A DNA stretch of 64,000 nt from Klebsormidium nitens (taxonomy: Eukaryota; Plantae; Klebsormidiophyceae). The notes under the pieces were generated by a model that saw nothing but the letters and a program-made list of their open reading frames with translations, was not told the origin of the DNA and searched no databases. Position 1 is the stretch's first letter; every line of letters starts with the position of its first letter. Shown in pieces: positions 13,101-24,217 of the stretch. Location: contig DF236970.1 in assembly GCA_000708835.1 (NCBI GenBank), forward strand, positions 1 through 64,000, written 5' to 3'. The position numbers and the translations under genes were made by a program.

Positions 13101-13907
13101 TTCCGCTGATTTGTTCAAGACGACTGGGACAAGCGTGTTCAAACAGCCCACGTCTATCAGACTTTCAAGCTCCGCCCAGCTGTGAGAAGAGGTTGCTTCT
13201 GTAGCAGAACTTCTGCCCCCATCTTGCACCTCGATTTCATCTCCGAGCTGTGGAAGCCCCCTGTGCCGTCTGCTGATGCACATGTGCGACGGCAAAATGA
13301 AGGTGCGATTGGTTGCGAGGGCCTCGTTCAGAGCGCACACGAGGCTGACCGTCTGATGGTTGAAGCCGGAACAGACGGCGTTCGGGTGGTCGATCTCTGG
13401 GCCCCAGTACAGAAATCGGGGGCTCAGGTGGGCCTTTGAATCTCCTGAAGGGAAGTGGGTTAGCGGTGCACGTTTTACGGAACGGTTGTTGGTTAGCGTC
13501 TCTTTTGCGGCTGATCCAACAACAGGAACTGTGTCAGTGCCATTATGCATCAAACTCAAGCTGCTCGATGTGTTTCCGTTGAAAGCTAGTGAAGACGCCT
13601 CTGGGTGGGAGCCTGTTTCTGAAAGCTTGCCACTCCTCCATCTGTTTATCAGTTGTGCGTCTTGGCTGCTGTCGACAAGTGCGTGGTCTTCTCGTCGGAC
13701 GTCCAAAATGGGCGCATTGCTCTGGATGCCTGCCAAGTCTCTGAAGTGATCAAGTCCGTACTTGCTCAATGCCAGCTTTGCTCCTGACAGCAGGTTAACG
13801 TGGCCAAATGGAGAACCATAGCTGGAGTAGAAAGCCAAAAGGGATAATGTGCATAGCACAAAGCAACACAAGATGACCAGCGCCTTCCGGAAGCTGAAGG
13901 GCCCCAT
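10190..13907 (-). CDS. Type II membrane O-fucosyltransferase-like (GT-B fold) protein of the plant At3g56750/At2g41150-like family; 4 exons
   Basis: Exons 13907-12715, 12175-12043, 11469-11325 and 10354-10190. N-terminal signal anchor ALVILCCFVLCTLSLLAFY. Family motifs: FLYWG..D...CSGFNHQ..SL.CAL.EA...NRTFILP..MCI, YDAVHVRRGDKL, WPHL..DT.P..I..R..KWIP.GR.VYVASNE and NEYQLYIVE.LV..GA.TF..TF. Confidence 0.82.
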
Positions 13908-16141
13908 CACCCTGCGGTTCTAGGCTCTTACTCCTAAAGCGCCAGGCTCGGGGGTTTGAGCAAAGACGCCCATTGCGAGCCTTTGTGCAGCTACAGAGAC
14001 GTCGCAGCAGCCGTCGCAGCTCCACAACAAGCGGCCATTGAAAGCAGAGGAGCGCAGGCAGGTGGTGCCAGCTGTTGCGCACCCTGCACTCATCAGTCTT
14101 AGATCCCCTCCTCAGCAAACTTGTAAGGTCTAGCTCTCTCAGGAAGAGCTTCTGAGGCCATGATCAGCTAAGGGCCAGCAGCATTCTTCTGAGATCAGTG
14201 CAAGGGCGCTCAGTTCCTCTCTCCTGTGAGCTCCTTAAAAATCACACCAACAAGCGCCGCCTTGAATCAAGCTTTTACTTCGAGTGCTGAGCTAGAGAGC
14301 ACGACTTGCAAATGTGGCAAAGCCTTTCTCTTCCTCACGGGCCTCACCTACTGAGCTTCTGTAGTCCTGCTTGACTTCGGGTATAAGCACCATTGGCACA
14401 TAGCCGGCTTGTGTGGCCCTGAACGCCCCCCTTGGGCGCCTGCCTATCTAGGACCGTCCGACCACAGTGCATGCAGTTCGACTTAGTGTACAGTGTATGT
14501 ATAGTAGAAGATAGTCTTCGAAATTCTGGTAACGCTAAATGTACCCGATCGACTGGCGTTACGAACTCGCGGATTTGTAAAGTGTAACGCAGTCACCCTT
14601 ACCGGTTTAGCATTACAGTTCGATTCCTGGCGACACATTTCAACTTTCCAGTCGACCTTACAAAGCTCAAAGGTAACTTTGAAATCGCCCGCAAACCCCC
14701 TACCTGGGTACATGGCATACGCCACTGCACGCTTTTGAGGGGGCTCCAAATCGCGCTTTTGTACTCTGAAAAAGTCGGAGAGCTTTGTGGGTCGCAATGC
14801 ACAACGCTCACAAACCGTCAGATTTCAAATATGGACGGCAGAAATCACATGCTCTGCAAGCTGCAGTTAGTAGCTGGTCAAGAGAAACCCAATTCGTTTA
14901 ACCGCAGTTCTTGAGAAATTGTACCCCAGCTCCACGCAAAACTTCCAGGAAGAGCCTTTCGGCATGTACACGTGGGGCAGGTCATTAAATAGGCAGGCAA
15001 ATGATTAGCTGAGGTGGTAATAAGCACCAGCCAGTCGCGATGATCCTTCCATCAAACCAAGACACAGCCGCATGCACCGGCTTTCACACCTTGGTCACAA
15101 ACAGAAAATGTTAAAAGCCTCTCGCAGTGCAGTGAGCAACATACCACCCCTTTGTCACGCAAATTCACACCGCTAACGCAAACACCTATTTCCGCGCTTC
15201 TTGGTAACGCTATGCGGCCCTCGCCTGAGCGACCCCACTGCATGCCAAGCCATCATACCGTATACCTACTCGCGCGGCTGGTCATCAGTCAACGCCGAAC
15301 GGCCTCTAGGTATGTACGTATTACCGGACCTGACCTTAATTGTTTCGCTCGTGTCCAATCGCCGGGAGGTGCCGTCTTTTGGGCCGGCCCCTCCTCTAGA
15401 GGATTGGAGCAAGTCGGAGGCCCAGCCCGGGCCGGCCCGGAAGATCGCCGTTTGTCCCCTTTATTCGATCAGACTGTCGGGTAGCCCAGCAGGGTTAAAG
15501 TAACAGAGTGCATAATGCACATTCATATCGGATGTGACGAGGCAGTGCACCGTGCAATCCTAGCGACGTGCCTACTACTCACAAGCGGCCCTCCGTTTAC
15601 CGTATGTGCTTCAAAGCTAGCGGTTCATAGCTTCAAGACGTCTTCGATCATCAGTGGGCTTATAAGGCCGTATACACTCTCGACACTGAATCGTAAGGTA
15701 GCTCGAAATCTCTCGACAATCACTTTCTTACTCGCTTGGTCAAAGACATCGGGCGCTACATCTCCAAAAGTTCCCATGAACGCCTCCAACATTCGGTGGG
15801 CTGACATTGACTCTTACATGGTATGATGGGAACGCGCAACTTCACGGATGCCAATGTTACGGACCTCACCACTAACAGATACAAAACAAACTCTGTCACA
15901 TCAACGAGATATGCGATGGATACACTTGTGAAGGAGCGAGGGAACGTCTTGCAAACTTGCCCTCCAAACTGAAGAGATTAAACTTGGAATCAAGCGCTTC
16001 TTTGTCTCTCCATGTTCAGGTATGCAGATTCTTACTTACGAGGTACACACAGCATTGATGCACCAAGTTTTGAAAACTCCACGCGTCAACAAAGTCCTTT
16101 CAACACATAACCAACCTTCAGGTAGCAGGTCCGAAACGGGC

Positions 16142-19100
16142 TCACCTTCCTGCTTGAATATCCTCATCTCTGATAAGCAAACCGCAGATCGGAATCTCAC
16201 AATCAAACGCCAACTCCTCAGCATACCTAATACCCATGGCTAATCCACCTTTTGCACTTTTTTACCTGAATCTTTGACAAACAAATGATAGGGATAATAC
16301 ACCTCCTACTCCACCAACTTTAACGGGTTTGCAACTCCAACATTTCGCTACTCCCACGTTTTGCCACAACTCACAGCTCCAAGTCTTCGTATTTTCTCGG
16401 CCTCCCGGGTCGCCGCTTGCCTGGTGACGTCATCGGGCTTGTCACCGGAGCTTTCGAGGGCGTCTTGGCTGGCGGCGGCGAGGCAATGCTCTTTCTTGGT
16501 CTGCGGACATGAAATTCGTGCTTAATTTTCACCTCGACAAGGAATCTTCGAAACATCCTACCAACGCTTCTTCCGCATATTTCCAAATTTACAGCGGTGC
16601 AGTAGCATTTGTTGAACGAACTTCAGCTTCAGAGAGGCCATTGAGTGCCCGAACTAAGACATGTTATCTTCCCGACGCTTCTTCCGCGACTTCGTGGATT
16701 TAGAGCAGTGCAGTGCCAGCCTTCTTCGAGCTACTGAAGTCTCTCCAGAGCAACCCTTACCTTGATGCGACCACAAAGACTTAGCACAGTCTGCAAGAAG
16801 GGTTCAAAAAGGCTGTCTTCCACTCCACGTCGAAACAGTAACTAGACTGTCGCCAGATTGAAGCCATTTCGCCCAAGTTCTCACCTGCCGCGTCTCCTGG
16901 GTGACGTCAGCTCCCTCTCGTCAGCAGGCTCCACTTTCACCGCCTTCATCTCCACCTTGACGACCTCCTCAACTATTGCTTCGCCCTTGGTCGCATCCTG
17001 GAGATAAAGCCGCGAATGCTGCATGTTACTTAACTTCGAAACATTCCTCCGTGTTGTAAAGTGACAATTCTAGCTCTAACGCAGCTTTCACCAGTTGACG
17101 GTTCGCGACCATAGCGGAAGAGCTGGATGAAGGTGTCGCAGTCATCCACTGACCGAAGACTTGCAGACGTCGAACTCCATCACTTTGCACTTTTGTTTCC
17201 CAGTTGCACAACATGTCAGGCACTAAAGGTTTGTCGCAAAGCGTCAAAAGACAACCGAGAGCCTTGTCAACGCGAGAAACAGCTTGAAGCGCCAGAAACA
17301 CGGCAGAACAACCGAACAACGTCAAACTTTATCCACAGACTTTGATAGCACTCCTGTTTCCCGCTTGCATAACATAACAGGCACTATGAGTTCGTCGCAA
17401 AGTGTCATAAGATGTTCGAGCGCCTTGTTAGTACAACAAGAGGCCGCCTAGAAGCTGCAGGAAGACGGCGAAACAACCGAAGGGAAAAGGTAACGGCTTG
17501 CTGCAGGCCAGATCGTTACGACAGGAAACCAACCATCGGGCTCAATCTTTCACAGCCAAAAAGGCTCGAGGTTTTAGCAGAACCTTCACTCCTTCTGACT
17601 GCTTCCTGCCGCTATTCCTCGACCTGGAAACACAATCTGTTCACTCCGGAAGGATGCGTGACCGACCATCGTATTTCACAATTAAGCATAGTATAACTCG
17701 TCTGAAGTAACGTGAATCGACTAACAAAAGGGGGTCTAACGCAATGGAGCCTCGCCGAAGAGACGAGAACGGTCGCCCGTTCTTGTACCGAAGGACAAAA
17801 AAAGACAAGGGCAGCCTTTTCACTGTAAGACATGGATTCAAGGGACGGAGAAGGCAGTCAAAACGAAGTAAGCGATGAGACCGCGGCACTTCTGAAGCAA
17901 TGGAACGTCTTCAAAGAGAAGCACCAGGCAGGCGAATTTGCTGAGGCAAAATGAATTCAGAATCACTGGAGCAATCAAAAGGATTTGTAGGGTGGAGGGA
18001 AGAAAATGGCAGCCAGAACGGACTGAAAAACGAGATCGGAACCAGCGAAATAAGAGCGAATCACAAAGCAGGAAACCGAATCCTCACCCCTTTCGCTGCC
18101 TTCTTCTCCCCGTCGACCTTCTTCCTGGCGCGCCCCTTCCTCAGCGGCGACGCTACCAGCCCCAGATCCTCCGAGAACGTCAGTTCCTCCCCCGCTTTCG
18201 TCCGGCTCCGCAGCCCCCCGACGGGCCCCACCGACTGGTCCTCGTTCAAGAACACGACCTCGCTCGCGGTATCCTCAATTTCGTTTCCGGACGGCGACGC
18301 TTCCAGCGTCTCCTGGTAGTGCTTTGCGTACGTCGTGAGTTTCCAGAAGAGTGCGAAGGCGGCCGCGAAGCCGAGCGTCGGGAGGGCGTACTTGGCCCAC
18401 GATTGGCTGTTCTTCAGGTCGGTTGCCGAGAGGCCCTGTTCGGCGAGGTAGCCTGCGGGATTGGTAGCAAATGTGGGCGGGGACGAGATTTACAGGGCCT
18501 TTTGAGATTGTAGGGATGTACACAGATGAAGGCGTCCCTGTCACGGACTGCCCACGCGAGGTTGTACTTTCTACTGAAGTTGAGTTAGAGAGTTGGAGGG
18601 GAGAGCCTGGACAACAGAGCCTACTTGGTCAGCACTGGGTGACCAAGTAGAACCAGGAAGTAGAGCCTTTAGCGAAATCGTACTCCTTTCCCAAGAAGAG
18701 GAACACAGCCCCAAACAAGACAGCTGCTGATCGAAGCAGTCAAATATCCCTCAGCGAGATGAGTACTTTCAAGCTTGTAGATCCCAGACGAAACTTGTTT
18801 GAGGATCGAAAGTCGTGGAAGCTCCTGATCCTTGTTACCTCCGAACCAGCATCGTAGAACATTTAGATACCTTAGTCGCACAAACAGAACCTTCTCGTGA
18901 GGCTCTCCCTGAAGTGAAAACTGCTCGAGAACATATGCAGTTCCACTCAATGTACAGCAATATTCAAAGATACCCAACCCTCTCTGCTTCTGGACGCCAT
19001 CTACTCCCAGCCAGACCTTATGTCATGAGCAGGGTGCACTGCAGGAACGCTGTTCAAATCTTTGTCAAGGCTGGAAGCCATGATGAAAACCAAACAAAGC

Positions 19101-20623
19101 TCACCGGCGTACGTGTTGAGCAAGATGAAGGGCATCGTTCCCACGCAACTCGCAAGGATATAGTCAGGGAAGAAGGGCACATCGACGGCGGCCAGGCCGT
19201 AGTTGTTGACCCAACTAGGTATAGGGGAAAGGCGTGCGAGCAGAACGAACCACCAGCCGTCACGCCTGACACCGTGGACCACAACCTGGAACTTGGGGTA
19301 CGAGTGGGCATATGCCTTCACGTGATCACGCAGAAGGGTCCTGCAGGGGGGGGAAGTTTGGTAGTGCAGTGAGTTTCTAACGAGACAAAAGCGACCGGGC
19401 AGACTCAAGAAAAATCAGAGTGGATTTCGGGATTATTCTGCTGGAATCTGTTGACAGTATGAGGAAGAGCATACGTGCGTGATTGTGCAGCATGATCCTC
19501 TTGAAGGGTAGTTGCAAGACTCTGTCGCTGATAGGTTCACCGGTAGATCAATCGGCAAAGTCACTTTTTTTTAATGGACTATTCTCGTTGGCAGTGACTA
19601 AGAGGTTTTGCAACTGAGAAGCTATGTTTGTGTCATTGAATTGTACCACGTGTCAGCGCCTTGCTGAGGTGCGATTGCCTGGCTTGCTTTGCAGTGAGCT
19701 GTTGCAAGGGGCTTGAGTTGCAGTGGCTTGATCGGGTAATCCTTTGCTTCAACCAATGTAGCATCAGGTTGCAGACTGATTGCCTTTAAATGAATGAGCC
19801 CCGAGTATTTGAGCCTCTCTGTGCTTTCTAAGTGGTCGTACAGACTAGCGCCTCTAGCCTTGTTCATTCAAAGCCTTCCTTTGCACAGTGCAAGTTCCCT
19901 GATAACCTCTGGGCGCCCTTAAGATACAAAACAAGAGCTTTACAAGCGCCCTGCGAATGTGAGGTGACAAGAGGAGAGTGCCGGTGGCGGCTCCCACGTC
20001 TCTGTATCCTGAGGTCTGATTCACAATGATTACCTACTCAAAGACGGACCCAGAAAGGTGAGCACACATTGCAGTCGGAAGTGGCAACCTTTGTTCCCCA
20101 CTTACGAGCCGAATGGGTTAAACTTCAAGCACCGCCTGCCATTCTTCACTTGAATTTACAATGGTAGATGGTAAATCTTTTACAGACGTCACTGAGCTCA
20201 CTTTCCAGCCAAAAGGCGGCGGCGGCGCCCAGCCCCTTGGCAACCAGCACTGATATCCACTGTCTATCTGCACCATCAGTATGGCAAGTGGTAAAAAGTT
20301 CAAAGAGATTGCAAAGCTCACTTCCCCAGCCAAAACGCAACGGCGGCCCCCAGCGTCTTGGCAGCCAGCACCGCAGCGGATCCCCGCACGACGCCGAAGA
20401 GCAGCCCGGCCGCGCCCTCAAACGCAATGGTCCCCGGGAAGCACAACACAATGAAGAGCGCGTGGAGAACCACCCAGATGGGGTAGGCGTAGATCCCGAG
20501 GCTTGATACCCAGTGGTGCGCACCATCGATCGCCGCCTTGGTGCGGTCTCTGTAGATGAAGGTGGGTATTGCGATAGCGGCTAAGGTGACTAAGAGGGCC
20601 CATTTCAGCACCGGCTTTGCCAT
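16142..20623 (-). CDS. TVP38/TMEM64-like VTT (SNARE-associated Golgi/DedA superfamily) membrane protein with a probable charged C-terminal tail carrying AT-hook motifs
   Basis: Core exons 20623-20322, 19340-19105 and 18452-18088 give the VTT motifs LCFPGTIAFEGAAGLLFG, LGAAVAFWLGK and VLLARLSPIPSWVNNYGLA. The phase-0 donor at 18087 (GTGAGG) fits the phase-0 acceptor at 16997. Further exons 16997-16885, 16500-16375 and 16169-16142 encode PRRRG|RPRK and KRRPGRPRK. The VTT part is high confidence; the join to the AT-hook exons is inferred. Confidence 0.7.
20189..20251 (-). repeat. Echo copy of the exon 1 3' end and donor of the VTT gene
   Basis: On the minus strand, gtgctggttgccaaggggctgggcgccgccgccgccttttggctggaaa|gtgagct matches the functional gtgctggctgccaagacgctgggggccgccgttgcgttttggctggggaa|gtgagct. 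Confidence 0.8.
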
Positions 20624-22498
20624 TGCCAGTCTAGGATGCGAGTGAGGTGCAACGGTAGCTGGTAAGATCAAACCACCCAAGCGATGATGACAGGATTTGA
20701 GGAGGCTTGGATTGGTCTCGGTTCCTTCTCTGCTTCCTTTGTATTGACAACGGAACGCATTGTCTTGATACTAGCTCACAGCAAGACCCGCCACCAGCCT
20801 ACAACCTGAAGCATGCCCCCATGCTCATTTCGCCTAGGGACCAAGGTAGCTTTAGTATTATGGAAGGCGAGTATTAGACTCCTACTACTAGGTACTACTA
20901 GGTACTGCTCTCCTGATCAAGGCCTCCAGGATGAGCTTGCACGCGATGACCGTACGTCCTAACTCGAAGTTCGAGGCTTCGGTAGTGACCGGTAGTCTTA
21001 CTTTCGGCCCTCGGGTGATGTGCCCACAGCGCGCAGCCCTCAGGACGCCTTGCCGAGATTGAAGCCTTTAGGACTATGACCGGCGGCGGTAGTGACCGGT
21101 AGTCAAGTTTTGTATAGGAATTACTGTTAGGGATGGTACCCAATGTATCGACGGTTTACATATTGCGACACTGTGACACATCGGACGGATATCATATAGC
21201 CTCTGGATTGGAAAATCTAGGTAAGTTGGTCGAGGCTCTGGCAGGCAGAAGAGCAGAAGTACCGTGTACGTCGCATGCATAAGATGTACACGGTGTTCAA
21301 GTTTCAAAGCTGCGTCATAGACTTCATCACCCGTTTTCCCCTTCATCATGGAGGAGAAGCGATGAGAGAAGCACGAGGGACCGATCAGACCGAGAGTTTG
21401 GGCAATTGCAGGCTGGTCACCCCGTCACCATTGCCAATTGGCATTGGTGGCGTGACCATGGCGGACTTTCAATGACAAAATAGGGACAGAAGGATCAATT
21501 GTCGATTGTTGATTGTTGATGTTAAAATCCTTGAATCATGTATACACTAATAGGTGCACGCTCGGACGTACATGAGAACATGGAAATGGATGCCAGCGCA
21601 GGGTGGATCAAATTGATCAAACTCACTTGTCACTTATGAAATCCGAAGTTCCAGGCAAGTTCCAATGAAGTTCCAATGACTACATAACTTCATATATTCA
21701 TTTGTCTGATTAGTTCAAGGAATGTGGAAGCCGCATAGTATATCGCAATTGGCAATGATCCATACTTTGTGTGATCAAACTTGAAAGCACAGAAAGTACG
21801 TCATTCTACTAAGCCACTCATAAGCTAGCAGAAAATACCGTCAAGATTAAGGCTGAATGGCTCGTCATTGAATAAAACAAACGGGCCAATATTCGACAAT
21901 ATCTCGACAGCAAAATATGCCCCAGTGTTCTTATATTGTGCCTAATCATCATTTGAAAAATTTCAGAGCTTAGAAATTGCCGACTCAACTTCGAGTACCC
22001 ATTGTCTCGGTGCATGCGCTGCCACCTATCAACAGTAGCAACGATCGACACCGATTAGAACGGTCCGACACCTCCTGGATCCAATAAAGCACCTTTTTTC
22101 ATGGTGAATCTATCTGAAACCGGATCATGCATGGCCAGTGCCTTATAAAGATCCGACTAACTTAGTCCCTGAGCACATACTCTCTCCTTTGACGTCCTCG
22201 CAACACTAATCTGACATTTGATGTACGTTCAAGACCAACTCGGAGCACGGGATTGGCATGTGCGTGGGCAGTCTATGGAAATTTGGCAAGTTTTCCATCC
22301 ATACAATGAACCTAAATTGCTGGGCTGCACCATCACATACATACAATACATTTCCTATCAGTTCAGTGAGTCATCTTGGTTGTCCAATAATCTGCATCAA
22401 TGATTCGTCCCCAATTGCACATAAATTCTGCTGCTACTACCTCCAAGTGTTCAAGTGTGGTTTTGGTTCTTGCACCATGATGTAATTGTCTATATATG

Positions 22499-23530
22499 CT
22501 ACTCTAGTTGGTCCCTATCCCTCAGCTTTTGTTTTACAAGTCGCTGCTTTCGTAAGTTTTTCTTGCACTCTTTGCAATATGTGTCAAGCCCATCCATCAA
22601 GAGCTTCCTCTTACTGAATTCAGACCGGCTTTTCTCCTTCCCACATTTAAAAGAGCACTTCGTTGCTGCCGGACAATGTAGCATGCTCTCCTGGACTTTC
22701 TGTGCCCACCCCTTGTGCTTCTGAAGTGTGCAACTTCTGCAATACGAATGCAAGCCCGTGCGAACTCTACCGGACGTATAAAAGTCTTGCGATGGTTTGA
22801 GATCCCCACAGATGCCGCATACCTGCCGCTGCACACTTGGCGGCCAAGGTGGCCGGCTCTGAGCATAGCTTGCCTGGCAACTCCGGCACTTGAAACGGAT
22901 GCCGTCCGGCTTCTGTACATCCCTACTGAAATCACGAAGCTCTTGACGCTGTCCACAATCCCGACAATCCCGCGCTTGCTCCCATGCCTCCTCTACAGGA
23001 AGGCCAAGGTGGTGAAGCGGCCGTCCGCTACGTTTTGCCCACAGGGTGGCCAAGCACGCCCGGCACAAGGACCGCAGCCCATCAGCAGACGACCACGTTG
23101 CCTGGAAGTTGCGGAGCGGCTTCTCGTAGTTGCACACACTGGAGAGCTTCTTGGCTGCAACATTGCCTGGACTCCCCGGTGGTGTCGTGCTGAGCTGTCT
23201 CTCAGCTGTCCTGCTCAGACACGATGCTTGCTCACCCCCTGACGCTTGAGCTTTGACCCCAGCACCTCCGCGCAGCTCTACTCTCCTCAATCCCAGCACC
23301 AAAAGCAATGCCTGGTGACTGCATACCTGCTGAAATTCTCTCTCGCCAAAACAAGCCCCCTCTGGATTATTGTATGCCCGCGATAAGCTGTGCCACTGCC
23401 TTAGAATGTCACCGATGAACGCAGTGTTTGGGGGCAGCTTCAAAAAAGGTTGATTGGGAAAAGATTTGGGCTTTGAAACCTCAGCGCAACAAAGTGGATG
23501 AACGGCGTAAGCAGGAAGGTTGCCCTGCAC
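22499..23530 (-). CDS. Hypothetical protein with four tandem C-x2-C-x3-K-x4-F-x8-G-x4-C-x2-C putative zinc-binding repeats; 5' end uncertain
   Basis: 343-codon open frame. Repeats: SSVCNYEKPLRNFQATWSSADGLRSLCRAC (first Cys lost), CRDCGQRQELRDFSRDVQKPDGIRFKCRSC, CGICGDLKPSQDFYTSGRVRTGLHSYCRSC and CSFKCGKEKSRSEFSKRKLLMDGLDTYCKEC. The track start is GTG, so the true start or an upstream exon is unknown. Confidence 0.7.
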   Translation of the reverse strand: MQGNLPAYAVHPLCCAEVSKPKSFPNQPFLKLPPNTAFIGDILRQWHSLSRAYNNPEGACFGEREFQQVCSHQALLLVLGLRRVELRGGAGVKAQASGGEQASCLSRTAERQLSTTPPGSPGNVAAKKLSSVCNYEKPLRNFQATWSSADGLRSLCRACLATLWAKRSGRPLHHLGLPVEEAWEQARDCRDCGQRQELRDFSRDVQKPDGIRFKCRSCQASYAQSRPPWPPSVQRQVCGICGDLKPSQDFYTSGRVRTGLHSYCRSCTLQKHKGWAQKVQESMLHCPAATKCSFKCGKEKSRSEFSKRKLLMDGLDTYCKECKKNLRKQRLVKQKLRDRDQLE

Positions 23531-24217
23531 TAGGCCCAGGAATCTGCACCATGCCGCTGCAAAGGTATTAGGCGGGGGCCGGCTCCTAGATGAGTTGGTG
23601 ATGCAATGAGCTTAGCAAACAATGCCGCCATTCCGCCAATTGAAGCCACTGCAGCGTGCTGCCTGCTCTTGCATTCAGGCAAAATGCAACGTCAGATACT
23701 AATCAATGAGAGAGATGACCCTGATCAATGCAGAGGTGCTGTTTGAGCCTGAGCCTGAGGCTGGGGACCAAGCAGAAGAAACACCAGCAAGTTGTCATGT
23801 AGTTTCCACAATTTGTCCAACATTGGCAACGTGGATATACCGTATGACGGCTTAGATTGCCTGTATGGGATTGTTGAGGGGGCAACTTCAACAATCAAGG
23901 GCCAGAAACTGTCCTGAAGGGCCCTATACAAAATAAAAGGCGCCCCACGGTTTTAGGTACAAAGAAGGGGAGGGATCCCTGAGGCTGCATTGGCGACTTT
24001 TCCATTTAGGCCATGCATTCAGCACACAGGCTGTTACAATGACTCTTGAGACTCCATTTTCGCTTTTGTAGACCTGTACAGTTGTAAGTTGTTACACTCG
24101 AGATGGCTATGTAGAGGGCCTCTGTGATGCTCCTGCAATATTCAGCTTCTCCGAGCTCCAGACTGGATCCTGAGCAGATTACGGCGTTCCATTCTGGACA
24201 TCATCTCCTGATCAGTC

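Noticed and set aside
15625-15807. 60-aa minus-strand ORF MSAHRMLEAF..
   Set aside because: There is an in-frame stop just upstream, I could not link it by splicing to the AT-hook exons, and no family is recognisable.
16036-16224. LLPEGWLCVERT looked like the start of a methyl-CpG-binding domain next to the AT-hooks (MeCP2-like)
   Set aside because: It is in a different frame from the one entered by the acceptor at 16169, and the downstream MBD residues (DVYY.SP.G) are absent.
17938-19372. Long plus-strand ORFs (191 aa and 185 aa)
   Set aside because: Antisense shadows of GC-rich VTT exons.
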